Positions 27,065 through 39,800 of a stretch of DNA of 64,000 nucleotides are shown one piece after another; position 1 is the first letter of the stretch; each line of letters begins with the position of its first letter. The translations under genes and the position numbers were made by a program. The notes below the pieces were generated by a model that did no database searches, was not told the origin of the DNA, and saw nothing but the letters and a program-made list of their open reading frames with translations. The stretch comes from Octopus vulgaris (taxonomy: Eukaryota). The stretch spans positions 208,258,001-208,322,000 of the forward strand of contig OX597815.1 in the NCBI GenBank assembly GCA_951406725.2, written 5' to 3'.

Positions 27065-27392
27065 ATTGGCGCTCTGTCGGTTATGACAACATGGGTTCCA
27101 GTTGATCCGATCAACAGAACAGCCGGCTCATGATATTAACATGCAAGTGCCTGAACACTCCACAGACACACATACCCTTAACATAGTTCCCAGGAACTTT
27201 CAGCATGACACAAAATGTGACATGGCTGGCCCTTTGAAATACAGGTACAACTCAATTTTTTGCCAGGTGAGTGGACTGGAGTAATGAGAAATAAAATGTC
27301 TTGCTCAAGAACACAACATGCTTCTGGGAATTGAACTCGTGACCTTACAGTCATGAGTTGAATATCCTAATCACTAGGCCATGTGCCTTCAC
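27065..27392 (-). mobile_element. tRNA-derived SINE family C
   Basis: The minus strand begins 'gaaggcacatggcctagtgattagg...gagttcaattccc...gttcttgagcaagac'. Related copies lie at 35420, 49915, 55890 and 59568. Confidence 0.75.
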
Positions 27393-27404
27393 ATCTATGC
27401 TTCA

Positions 27405-27624
27405 CCCTTTCGTTACTGTATTTCTTTTGAGATGCTCTGTGTTTCTTTCAATTACTTTAAATATAACAAAGAATTTAGTAAAATTACTTAGTCATCATTC
27501 AGCTAGTGTTAGGAACATAAATTGTGACTAAGGTTTGGTGGAAGATTTTAATTCAAAACTTATGAAAACAAGACATTTGTACTCAGAGCCAGAGCCGGTT
27601 TCAGCCGGGCTGGTATCAAAAGGG
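27405..27624. mobile_element. piggyBac-like MITE
   Basis: The ends are CCCTTTCGTTAC and GTATCAAAAGGG, flanked by TTCA (degenerate) and TTAA. Confidence 0.55.
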
Positions 27625-27779
27625 TTAAGTACAAACAGGAACATACAAAGACACATACTCACACACATGTATTTATTTAAAGCTTGTTATATGTAATTCT
27701 TCATGCCCACACAACAAGAAACTATGAGTGGTTCATTAACAATGTTTACACAAGCTGCCCATCTACCAAGCATAATACC

Positions 27780-28010
27780 TATTTCTTTATTACCCACAAG
27801 GGGCTAAACACAGAGGGGACAAACAAGGACAGACATAGGTATTAAGTCGATTACATCGACCCCAGTGCGTAACTGGTACTTAATTTATCGACCCTGAAAG
27901 GATGAACGGCAAAGTCGACCTGGGCGGAATTTGAACTCACAACGTAACGCAGACGAAATACCGCTAAGCATTTCGCCCGGCGTGCTAACGTTTCTGCCAG
28001 CTCGCCGCCA
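27780..28010 (-). mobile_element. Young full-length SINE family B copy with 15 bp TSD
   Basis: TSD ACCAAGCATAATACC at 27765-27779 and 28011-28025. CpGs are intact. Confidence 0.92.
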
Positions 28011-29526
28011 ACCAAGCATAATACCATTAAGCAGTAACCCTGATATAATTAGCATGATATGTCCATGCCTCTCCTGTTTTTCTCTTTCTTTCTTTGTCCC
28101 ACTCTCTCTTCCTTTCACTCTTTCTGATAATCTTTCTTTCTCATTAAGCTGATGTCAACAAAATTGTCAGCTGATGCAAGGATTATCACATGTGTCTTTA
28201 CATGAAAATTTTCAGGATTTATATATTCCCAAGACGCTATTTCAATACCACCTCATCCATTTTTACTGAGAGGTTGCATAAAAGTGTACTTCCCTACCAG
28301 GAACTGAAAGCATCTTTTTGATGTTGTGACATTAAGAGTTGTAATTTCAACCACATATCATATCAGCTTATTATCAATACTGAATAATGTTCCTTTTCAA
28401 CTTCCAGATATATCGGTCAAGTAATGTGGTATTTCTTTTGTTTCCCTTTGGAAGTAATTGATATACTGTATGTATTTACTTTAGAACATGCTATGACTCT
28501 AGTGTACTATTTTCCAATACTATCTTTGGATTGTATTTTAACCTCATACACAAATGCCTTTCTTTATCGTGGCACTTGCCATTTGGCAGGCAAAATCTTG
28601 CTGCAGTTGTACTTAGATGTTGATTTGATCTTAGTTCTTTTATATATTTAATTTTATTTTGCTTTATTTTCTCTACAACTATAGCTAACCTTTACACTTG
28701 TGTTATTGAAGAGCCCATGGTATTTCAGAGTTTGTAGGGAAATAATTCCAGATCAGGATTAAGAGATTTTAAACTATGGGAGATGCTAAATTACTGCTGA
28801 ATTTTTCTCTTCTGCTATGTTTTCTGATATCTCTTTCAACCCATTTTTGCCCTCACAACTTTGTTGTAAAAGTCAACGAAATGTCAAGTGATTAACTTGA
28901 TCATCTAGAAACAAAGGAACTGCACAAAGAAGGAATCATTCTGTTGTTTATAATATAACAACCAATAATATATACAAGAGTCAAGTCAGTTTACCACAAA
29001 ACCCTCCCATACTCACACTCAGACAGACACTTTTCTGAAACAACACTGCATTTCATGAAAAAGTAGTTAAAAGCTAACCTATTTCAATTGACTTTCGTTT
29101 TATTTCTTCATGACCAGCAGAAATGCTCAAAAGATGAAGTTTATTTATTGTTTTTGGGTAAAATTAAACAGTATGAAACATTAAATCAATTGTTTTATGT
29201 TTCAAGGATTTCTCAAAGCATGGTGCAGTTATTTTTTACACATATTAAGATGGAGTTTAAAGATGCAACATTTACAAAAGACAGAGGAAAGAGGAAAGCA
29301 AAGAAAAAGAAAATATTCCATGAATATCATGCATGTGGTATAATACAAGTATGAGGATGGGAAAGCTGTGGCTCAACTGAGCACTCAATACATGTGTTGG
29401 GTGCAGTGGATATATTAAATACACTTATACATATATAATTATATCTTTCTATCTATCTATCTACACACACACAAGCACACACACACACATACACACACAC
29501 ACACACGCGCACGTACTTGGCTTTCG

Positions 29527-31020
29527 TTGACATGGATAAAGCAGAAACTAGGGATAGATGAGTGGTTGGTGAGACCTGTACAAGCTATGTACAGGGACGC
29601 TGTCAGTAAGGTGAGTGTTGGCAATGAGTATAGTGAAGAATTCCAGGTAGGTGTAGGGGTCCACCAAGGGTCATTCCTCAGCCCCCTCTTATTCATCATT
29701 GTCCTCCAGGCAATAACAGAAGAATTCAAGACAGGCTGCCCCTGGGAGCTCCTCTATGCTGATGACCTTGCTCTAATAGCAGAGTCACTATGAGAACTAC
29801 TGAAGAAGTTTCAGGTGTGGAAACAAGGTTTAGAATTGAAGGGCCTTAGAGTCAATCTAGCAAAAACCAAAGTCTTAGTAAGAAGGAAGGCTGACAAATC
29901 ACAAATTCCTTCAGGTAGATGGCCCTGCTCGATCTGTAGAAAAAGTGTAGGCAGAAATTCCATAAGATGTACCCGGTGTAAGCTATGGACATATAAGAGG
30001 TGCAGCAATATTAAAGCAAAGTTAACTGGGAAGATAGTTTTTGTGTGTGGCAGGTGCACAGGGGCAATAAATACTGAAGATGTACAGAAAACAGATTCCA
30101 TCACATGCCAGGGGACAAAATTAGAAGTAGTTGATAGCTTCTGTTACCTTGGTAACCAAGTCAGTAGTGGGGGTGGATGTGCTTAGAGTGTAGCTGCTAG
30201 AATAAGAATAGCCTGGGCAAAGTTCACAGAGCTCCCACCTCTGCTAGTAACAAAGGGCCTCTCCCTCAGAGTGAAAGGTAGACTGTATGATGCATGTGTG
30301 AAAACGGCCATACTACATGGCAGTAAAACATGGGTTGTTACTTCTGAAGACATGCATAGGCTTGAAAAGAAATGAAGCTAGTATGCTCTGCTGGATGTGT
30401 AATGTCAGTGTGCATACACGACAGAGTGTAAGTGCCCCGAGAGAAAAGATGGATATAAAAAGCATCACATGTGGTGTGCAAGACAGACGACTGCACTGGT
30501 ATGGTCATGAATTGCATATGGATGAGAACAGCTGTGTGAAGAGGTGTCACACCTTAACAGTGGAGGGAACGTGTGGAAGAGGGAGACCCAGGAAGACATG
30601 GGATGAGGTGGTGAAGCATGACCTTCGAATGTTGGGCCTCACAGAGGCAATGACAAGCGACCAAGATCTTTGGAGATATGTTGTGCTTGTGAAGACCCAG
30701 AAAACCAAGTGAGATCGTGGCCAATGCCAGTGTTGCAACTGGTCCCTTTAAAAGTAATCTTCACTCATCAGGTAATATGGTGTGCTTAAGAAGACTTGTT
30801 GAGTCAAGTGAAATCGTAGTAGTGGCTGATGCCAGTGCCACCTGGCTGGCATGTAAAAAGCGCCCAATACACTCTCAGAGTGGTTGGCATTAGGAAGGGC
30901 ATCCAGCTGTAAAAAATACTGCCATATCAGATTGGAGCCTGGTTTGGCCTCCTGACTTGCCAGACCTCAGTCAAACCATTCAACCCATGCCAGCAGACAA
31001 ACGATGATGATGATGATAAT
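29527..31020 (+). mobile_element. 5'-truncated, decayed RTE-clade LINE (RT C-terminal half, PHD-like finger, 3' UTR, (GAT)n tail)
   Basis: RT motifs GVHQGS.LSPLLF and LLYADDL are present, with RTE-type C-terminal RRLHWYGH and GRGRPRKTW. Stops and frameshifts split it into ORFs 29527-29793, 29815-30186 and 30317-30712. Confidence 0.9.
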
Positions 31021-31024
31021 GAGG

Positions 31025-31063
<39 letters not shown>

Positions 31064-31403
31064 CACACACACACATATATGCATATATATACAAATATGC
31101 ATATATACATGCACATATATATGCATATATACACATATACATGTCCATAAAAACACACACACATATATATATATATATACACACATATATATACACATAT
31201 ACACATATACACATATATATATACACATATACACATATACATACACATGAATATACAGATATATACACACATATATATATACACATATATACACATATAT
31301 GCTCATATATATGCATATATAGACACATATACACATATGTATACACATATATATATACACAAATATACATAGACTCACACATATACACATAGCTATATAT
31401 ATG

Positions 31404-31463
<60 letters not shown>

Positions 31464-31734
31464 TGTATATACATATATTATGCATTTTCTGCTAGAATGA
31501 GGTTATAAGTCTAAAAAGTGTTGTTGAAGCAACATTAAAAGCTATTATCCATCTAAATCTTTTTACCACCAAGTAATAATGCTTAAATCTTGGCACTGTA
31601 CGCTGAAGAGATCTCCGTGCAGATTTATCATTTACAATAATGATTTTTAATTTAATTCCCATACACAGTAATAAATTAATTTGAATGTGTGTGTGTGTGT
31701 ATTTTGTTATATTAATATTTACCTAAATATATAT

Positions 31735-31967
31735 ATTTCTTTACTACCCACAAGGGGCTAAACACAGAGGAGACAAACAAGAACAGACAAACGGATTAAG
31801 TCGATTACATCGACCCCAGTGCGTAACTGGTACTTAATTTATCGACCCCAGAAGGATGAAAGGCAAAGTCGACCTCGGCGGAATTTGAACTCAGAACGTA
31901 ACGGCAGACGAAATACGGCAACGCATTTCGCCCAGCATGCTAACGATTCTGCCAGCTCGCCACCTTC
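31735..31967 (-). mobile_element. Full-length SINE family B copy with TSD
   Basis: A direct repeat 'atttacctaaatatatatattt' lies at 31717-31738 and 31968-31989. Confidence 0.9.
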
Positions 31968-32221
31968 ATTTACCTAAATATATATATTTACATGTGTGTG
32001 TGTGTGTGTGTGTGTATAAATATATGTATATAACAACTCACATATATATATATACATATATATACACGTATATTCACATGTATACACACACACATATATA
32101 TATATACACATATATTCACATGTATACAAATATATTTACATTATCTTACTTACTTGTTTCAGTCATTTGACTGCGGCCATGCTGGAGCACTGCCTTTAGT
32201 CGAGCAAATGTTTTTTTAAAG

Positions 32222-32590
32222 TTAATTCCAGTTTATCTCTGTATATTTTTCTCCACATCTTGAACACATTACAACATAAATGAAATATCTGGATACACAG
32301 GCACAATAAAAATATTCTTTAATTCCAAAATGAATTCTGATCTTTGGATAATTTAAGTCATATTCCACAGTTGGAGCATTCATATTTTTTAACTGTTTGA
32401 CAGTTGTTATACACTTGTAAATGATTTGGGCTATCTTATATTCATTATAATGATATGCACCAGTAAAACCCAATTTGACTAGGGACTCTTTTCAGTAGCA
32501 ATACATTTTGAAAAATATAATAAGCTTCATTGTTTTCTAGATTCTGTGCAGATACACATGATAAAACTTTCAATAGTGGTTTTGCTTCTG
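32222..32590 (-). pseudogene. Penelope-like element remnant, GIY-YIG endonuclease N-terminal part
   Basis: The translation ...CVSRYFIYVVMCSRCGEKYTE resembles the PLE motif C.S..(V/L)IY.I.C..C...YIG.T. Confidence 0.6.
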
Positions 32591-32594
32591 CTAG

Positions 32595-33028
32595 TACTCT
32601 TTTACTTGTACTCTTTTACTTGTTTCAGTCATTTGACTGTGGCCATGCTGGAGCACCGCCTTTAGTCGAGCAAATCGACCCCGGGACTTATTCTTTGTAA
32701 GCCCAGTACTGATTCTATCGGACCCTTTTGCCGAACCGCTAAGTGACGGGGACATAAACAGACCAGCATCAGTTGTCAAGCAATGCTAGGGGGACAAACA
32801 CAGACACACAAACATATACACACACATACATATACATATATATATATATATATACATATATATGACAGGCTTCTTACAGTTTCCGTCTACCAAATCCACT
32901 CACAAGGCATTGGTCGGCCCGAGGCTATAGTAGAAGACACTTGCCCAAGATGCCATGCAGTGGGACTGAACCCGGAATCATGTGGTTGGTAAGCAAGCTA
33001 CTTACCACACAGCCACTCCTGCACCTAT
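32595..33028 (-). mobile_element. SINE family A full-length copy
   Basis: Reverse complement of family A. It is the inverted partner of 33809-34230. Confidence 0.9.
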
Positions 33029-33189
33029 GAGTAAAAGAATAAAAGAAAAAGAATAAATAAAGTACTGAGGTTGATTTATTCAACTAAAACTTCTTCAAGG
33101 TAGTGCCCCAGCATGGCCACAGTCTAATGACTGAAACAAGGAAAAGATAAAAGATTAAACAAGATATTTCTAATACTTTGTATCCATTA

Positions 33190-33800
33190 ATACAACAGCA
33201 CCCCTTTCAACAACTTCTATAATTGGTTATTTCTTATCATTTTTCAATTCAATTACGTTCTCCCATTCAGTAGCTTTGTAATTTGACTTAATTCTTTACG
33301 TAAGATATTACATAAAATTTCAAAATGTGATTACAAAAATCATCAAGTGTTTTGTTCCTGTCTTTTGGCGAAGAATTGTTGCTTTTGTTTGTATGAAGTT
33401 ATTCATCATCATTATCCTTACCAAATAATTCTTCTACAAACTAATTTTCTACCAAATTCTGAAATGCTATCTTTAATTTCATTATAATTACATCTCAAAG
33501 GAGATAGAATGATTTTTAGTCCTTTAGCTAGTATATTGATTTGTAGTATTGTTAATGTTTTCTTCAATAAATGTATTTTATTACTTTTAGTTTCTCCATT
33601 TTGTATGGTTCTGCTGAGTATCTATGTTCTTCATGACAGGGCCTAAAAAAACAGTTACCATTATTTTTTGGTTAGACTTTGCAAGGCAATTTTATTATCA
33701 CCTAACAATATTAAATATGTTTTTGGACTCTGTGTTTATAGGATGAATTTCAAGATAGAAACACCAACTTTTCTCCAACAAAGAGAAATAATCAAAGAAA
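33190..33800 (-). pseudogene. Penelope-like element remnant, ORF N-terminal region
   Basis: Manual translation gives HLLKKTLTILQINILAKGLKIILSPLRCNYNEIKDSISEFGRKL. This resembles the PLE motif NLS..LT..E..LL.KGL.F.P.P.....E...D...F.RKL. Confidence 0.6.
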
Positions 33801-33808
33801 TAATGTTT

Positions 33809-34230
33809 AGGAGTGGCTGTGTGGTAAGTAGCTTGCTTACCAACCACATGATTCCGGGTTCAGTCCCACTGCATGGCATCTTGGGCAAGTGTCTTCTACT
33901 ATAGCCTCGGGCCGACCAATGCCTTGTGAGTGGATTTGGTAGACGGAAACTGTAAGAAGCCTGTCATATATATATGTATATATATATATATGTATATGTA
34001 TGTGTGTGTATATGTTTGTGTGTCTGTGTTTGTCCCCCTAGCATTGCTTGACAACTGATGCTGGTCTGTTTACGTCCCCGTCACTTAGCAGTTCGGCAAA
34101 AGGGTCCGATAGAATAAGTACTGGGCTTACAAAGAATAAGTCCCGGGGTCGAGTTGCTCGATTAAAGGCAGTGCTCCAGCATGGCCGCAGTCAAATGACT
34201 GAAACAAGTAAAAGAGAGAGAGAAAGAGAG
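33809..34230 (+). mobile_element. SINE family A full-length copy
   Basis: Head, internal microsatellite and tail are all present. Confidence 0.9.
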
Positions 34231-34716
34231 AGATTTAAGTCATTTGACTGTGGCCATGTTGGAGCACCACCTTTTAGTCGAAGAAATTTACCCCCAGGAC
34301 TTATTCTTTTAAGCCTAGTACTTATTCTATCTATCTCTTTTGATGAACCACTAGCTTACAAGGACATAAACACACCAGCATCGGTTGTCAAGTGATGCTG
34401 GGGGAACAAACACAGACACAAAGACACATACATAAATATATATATAATTGTTAGAGGACAATAAACATTAAGGCAAGGCAAACATCTCAAGTTGTAAACA
34501 ATATTATTATTGTATATGACTTGAGGTGTTTGCCTTGCTTTAATGTTTGTTGTCCTCTTTAACAAAAATTTATCCGGTATATCGGAAATCTGTAATGGCT
34601 CCATAACTACCGTCTTGGCTATAACCTTGGAGCCCTAGTAATCTGTTACAGCACTTACCTAGTGTACCTAATCATTTAGATCACCTGTGAACTACACCCC
34701 CATACTTTACATATAT

Positions 34717-35000
34717 ATGGCCCAATGATTAGGGCAGCGGACTCGCGGTCGTAGGATCGCGATTTCGATTCCCAGACCGGGCGTTGTGAGTGTTTATTGA
34801 GCGAAAACACCTAAAAGCTCCACGACGCTCCGGCAGGGCGTGGTGATCGCTGCTGTACTCTTTCACCCACTCTTTCTTCTCTTGGCCTGCCGCTAGCCAG
34901 CGGGGTGGCGTCATTCAAAGGCTAAAACAATGCGAACACATTGTGACCAGCGATGTGTAACAACATCTGATGGTCTGGTCGGTCACGTGATCACGTGATA
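34717..35000 (+). mobile_element. tRNA-derived SINE family D (alternative 3' end)
   Basis: It has an A box 'tggcccaatgattagggc' and a B box 'gtt/atttcgattccc'. The head is shared with 36755-37025 and 44080-44390. Confidence 0.75.
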
Positions 35001-35419
35001 TACATATACGCAGTGGGCTTCTTTCAGTTTCCATCCACCAAATCTACTCACAAGGCTTTGGTCAGTGTGATACTATAGTGGAAGACACTCACCTAAGTTG
35101 CCATGCAGTAGGACTGAACCGAGAACCATATGGTTGAGAAGTAAGCTTCTTACCACACTGCCAAGCTTTTTACTGTGAAAATTTTAAAGCTGCAACCAAC
35201 TGAAAGTGATGGAAACTTTTTGTGCTGTTACTAAAAGGGATCAATTAGTGAAAACAATATTACATAATAAATTTTGAATGTAAATCTAAATTTTTTCCAT
35301 GACTACTAAAAATTCACAAAATCCAGCAAAAGGAAGAATACAAAGAATTTAAAAGTATACAAATTAATATTTTATTGCCAAATGATTTGAATTAAGACCA
35401 ACTTTACCTGACCCAAGTG

Positions 35420-35666
35420 GAGGCACATGGCTTAGTGGTTAGGGTGTCAGCATCATGATCGTAAGATTGTGGTTTCGATTCCTGGACCGGGCCACACGTT
35501 GTGTTCTTGAGTAAAACACTTCATTTCACGTTGCTCCAGTCCACTCAGCTGGCAAAAATGAGTAATGCTGCAATGGACTGGCGTCCTGTCCAGCTGGGGA
35601 ACACATATACCATTGAAATCGGGAAACCGGGCCCATGAGCCTGGCTGGGCTTTAAAAGGGTGCATT
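35420..35666 (+). mobile_element. Chimeric SINE: family C head with family D-type 3' end
   Basis: The head is 'ggcacatggcttagtggttaggg...ttcttgagtaaaacact' and the tail is 'gcaatggactggcgtcctgtccagctgggg...gggcccatgagcctggct'. Confidence 0.75.
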
Positions 35667-35894
35667 TATTTATTTTTTTTAGCTGACCCAATACTGAAAC
35701 TCATGATCTGAGTCCTTTTTTAGACATCTCAATAAAAACAGAGATGACCTGGATATAGTGCATTACCTGGAAATGCTCATTGCAAAACATTTATCACATT
35801 TTTTGATGTAGTCAGTTTATTTACTAACATCCTTCATAGTTATGGACTAGAAGCAGTAAAATCATAGCAAGAATTTTGCAAGTAAATTACCAGA

Positions 35895-36340
35895 ATCATC
35901 ATCATCATCATCATTTAGCATCCGCTTTCCATGCTAGCATGGGTTGGACGGTTCAACTAGGGTCTGTGAAGCCAGAAGGCTGCATCAGGCCCAGTCTGAT
36001 CTGGCAGTGTTTCTACGGCTGGATGCCCTTCCTAACGCCAACCACTCCGTGAGTGTAGTGGGTGATTTTATGTGCCACCGACACAAGTGCCAGACGAGGC
36101 TGGCGAACGGCCACGCTCGGATGTTGTTTTTTATGTGCCACTGACACAGGTGCCAGACGAGGCTGGCGAACAGCCATGCTCAGATGGTGTTTTTTACGTG
36201 CCACCGGCACGGAGGCCAGGTGAGGCTGGCACGGCCACGATCGGATGGTGTTTGTTATGTGCCCACAGCATGGAGGCCAGTCGATGCGGTACTGGCTATG
36301 GCCACGTTCGGATGATTTTCTTATGTGGTACTGGTACCAC
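35895..36340 (-). mobile_element. RTE-LINE 3' end fragment with internal tandem units
   Basis: (CAT)n tail, shared 3' UTR and repeated 'gtgcca...ccagacgaggctggcgaac'. Confidence 0.75.
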
Positions 36341-36754
36341 AAAAATACAAATTCCAAGGAAAAAATTATTATTGAAATTATTTTATATTTGATGTTAAGC
36401 ATTATCAAGAAAAGAAAATCTGAAACAGCAATGGGAAACCCCTCACTATGTGAATTTAGATATAGTTGTAATGAAAAGCAGCAATCAAATTGAGATTTAT
36501 TTCAAACATTATTTTATTTATGCCAAAAAGTGGTGCATAACTGTGTCCTACATAAATACCTTTAGTATGCAACCTCAGAGCTTCAGACATTATCTACCAT
36601 TTCTAAGAAATGATGGGATACTCAATCCTAGAAACAATGAAGCTATTAATATTTTCAAAATGAACCAATGCTGAATAAGATGCCAAGATGGACTGGGCAT
36701 TACAAACACATTATTATAAACAGTGAAAGAAAACCAAAAATTTTTAAAGAGAAT

Positions 36755-37025
36755 GCTTATGGGCCCGGTTTCTGTGGCGTATGTGTTCCCCCCAGCTGGA
36801 CGGGATGCCAGTCCATTGTAGCGTTACTCAAGAAACAGGAAGAGAGAGTGAGAGAATGTTGGGGCAAAAGAGTACAATAGGGGTCGCCACCACACCCTGC
36901 CAGAGCCTCGTGGAGCTTTAGGTGTTTTCGCTCAATAAACACACACAATGCCCGGTCTGGGAATCGAAACCTCAATCTTCTGACTGCGAGTTCGCTGCCC
37001 TAACCACTGGGCCATTGCGCCTCCA
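36755..37025 (-). mobile_element. SINE family D
   Basis: Reverse complement of 44080-44390. Confidence 0.8.
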
Positions 37026-37202
37026 CAAAAAAGAATGTTAACCAATGCCAAATAATAAACAATGACAATGGAACCAACAATTAAAAGATGCGGACAATCA
37101 GACTGTGGGCTGCATTTTAATTTATCCAATAGAACAGTATTTCATTTTAAAATAAAGGACTATCCTTCCAACTAAAGAATAATTTTTACCATGGCTTGGT
37201 GT

Positions 37203-37363
37203 TGGCATGGCTGCGAGGTAAGAAGCTTACTTCCCAACCATATGGTTCTGGGTTCAGTCCCACTATGTAGCATCTTGGGCAAGTGTCTTCTATTATAGTC
37301 TCAGGCTGACCAAAGCCTTGTGAGTGGATTTGGTTGACAGACACTGAAAGAAGCCCGTCAAAT

Positions 37364-37402
<39 letters not shown>

Positions 37403-37880
37403 ATCCAAACACGAAAACACAAAGAGAAAATACAACAACACGAGGATGTGGAACAAGTATAGTATTATTGGACGCTCACGAAAGAAGGAAAGAAAGAGGG
37501 TGTAACTTTTTGAGTGGAGCCCTTTGTCAGAAACAAAGGAAAAGGAAAGATCCAAAGAAGGGAAGACGAAGGAAAAAAAAATTGCCAACAGTACACACGC
37601 GGTCACATATATATATATGTATGTATGTATGTATGTATATATTTATTTATGTGTGTGTATCTATGTTTATCCACCACCACCACCACCATCACTTGATAAC
37701 TGATGCTGGTGTATTTACATACCCGTGACTTAATGGTTTGGCAAAAGCGACTGATAGAAAGAGTACTAGGCTTACAAAGAATAAGTCTTGGGGTTGATTT
37801 CTTCAACTAAAACCCTTTAAGGCGGTGCTCCAGCATGACCCCAATCAAATGATTGAAACATGTAAGAGAATCAAAGAATA
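37203..37880 (+). mobile_element. SINE family A with a ~200 bp insertion in its internal microsatellite
   Basis: The head is at 37203-37360 and the tail at 37690-37880. Unrelated sequence lies at 37400-37605. Confidence 0.75.
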
Positions 37881-38522
37881 TGCACCAGGAAATGTCATTT
37901 ACATAAGATGTTTGGGAAGTACAGAGAATTATATAGAACAAACTGAATTGACTTTAAGAAAATGTAACAAGTAGAAACAGCAAATCAATATGAAGTTTGC
38001 ATTTCATTGGAAAATATCGACCATTCTTTAACACACATAATTAATCAATGAATTGACATTTATAGACTTTTATTGTTGTTAAATTAGCAAAATAATTAAA
38101 GTATCAGTTTGTAAAATGGTAAACTTGCAGAATTATTGGAGAGTCAGTCATAACGTTTTGTGGTATTTGTTCTGAGTCTTAATGCTCTGAGTTCAAATCA
38201 TGCCAGAATTGATTTTGTCTTTCTTTCTGGAACTGACAGAATAAAATACCAGTTATGTGATGGAGTAAATGCAATCAACTCCCTCAAATTCTGATCTTTT
38301 ATGTGTCTAAGAAATCATCATTATTGTTAGCACCATTTCTTCTGGTACTTTATGTTTTCGGTTCAAATTCCGTTGAAATCAACATTGCTTCTCATTATTT
38401 TGGGGTTGGTAAAATAGGTACCCGCTGAACACTAGGGTCAATGCCATCAACTTACTTCCCTTAAGATTGGTCGCCTTGAGCCAAAATTGGAAGTCATTTT
38501 TATTATTATTATTATTATTATT

Positions 38523-39060
38523 ATTGAGTGAGAGAGCAGTGCATGTCATCAAAGTGACACTGGGGTAAAATATACGAAGCCCAGTATACCCATCATGACT
38601 ACCCGTCTGATAAGGGCACACCAGGCACATGCATCACAACCATATGTGCACGACATGGTGATCACATATCAAGATAAACAGCACATGACCTTGCAGGTGG
38701 GGCCCAGTTAGAATTTTCTTCTGGTCGAGTAACCCATCCTGTTTAAAAGGTCCCTGAATAAGGATTGTTTAAGGATGTTGAAAGAACCACCCATGTTTTC
38801 AGAGGTGAACTATTCAAACCCAAAGAATCCCTCTCAACACATGGCAATGGATGCTCCCCCACTACTTCTGCTCGTGATCAGAGATGCACTTATCGTCAGC
38901 CACCAAGGGACATGCTCAACTGGTTAAGGTCACACAACTGACAAGCAAATCTGTGGTATTGAGCAGAATATTTGCTGTAGCCCATCTTTTATACCAAGAC
39001 AAAACAATGTACATGATAACACTTCCAATCAGTTAACATCAGAAGCCATGAGAACCATAT
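38523..39060 (-). mobile_element. Unclassified insertion embedded in (TTA)n, probably a non-LTR 3' end
   Basis: A non-microsatellite block flanked by (TTA)n on both sides. Confidence 0.4.
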
Positions 39061-39062
39061 TA

Positions 39063-39105
<43 letters not shown>

Positions 39106-39480
39106 CAACTTCTTTCAGTTCTGTTTCCATTTCTTGCCAAGTGTCTTCCTAACACCTAGGGCAGAGAAACTCACTGTATACATTGGTTGGCCATTAAAAT
39201 AAACACACCAAATTGTCCATTTACAAAGTCATGTGACAGAGAAAAGGGGGAAGAAAGAGAGAGAGAAAAAAATAAAAATAAAAAACAAAAAGTAAACAAA
39301 GAAAATAAAGTGGGGAAATAGAAACAAAATTCACAGAGACAATGCTCTTCTCAATACGTGTGATGTCCCAGTTAAGACAATCTTTTGCCCTTCCTGCATG
39401 GATGGTAAACCAGGGATCATTTAAAAATAATTTTCAGTTCCTTTTTGATCATTCCAATTCTTCCCATAATCACCAATGGT
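39060..39480 (-). mobile_element. R4/Dong-like (restriction-like endonuclease) LINE 3' end with (TAA)n tail
   Basis: Manual translation gives PLVIMGRIGMIKK / MIPGLPSMQEGQKIVLTGTSHVLRRALSL*. This resembles the C-terminal PVVIGALG...QK..L.GT.HILR motif. A 3' UTR and (TAA)n follow. Confidence 0.7.
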
Positions 39481-39484
39481 GGGG

Positions 39485-39800
39485 GCTTATTCTTTGTAAG
39501 CCTAGTACTTATTCTATTGGTCTCTTTTACCGAACCGCTAAGTTACGGGGACGTAAACACACCAGCATCGGTTGTCAAGCAATGTTGGGGGGACAAACAC
39601 AGACACACAAGCACACACACATATACATATATACAACAGGCTTCCTTCAGTTTCCGTCTACCAAATCCACTCACAAAGCTTTGGTCGACCCGAAGCTATA
39701 GTAGAAGACACTTGCCCAAGGTGCCACACAGTGGGAATGAACTTGGAACCATGTGGTTGGTAAGCAAGCTACTGACCACACAGCCACTCCTGCACCTATA
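39485..39800 (-). mobile_element. SINE family A, 3'-truncated
   Basis: Reverse complement of the family A head and body. Confidence 0.85.

Noticed and set aside
34717-34790. tRNA-like cloverleaf heads (also 35420, 37025, 44080, 49915)
   Set aside because: They continue into SINE bodies and lack a proper acceptor stem, so they are SINE heads and not tRNA genes.
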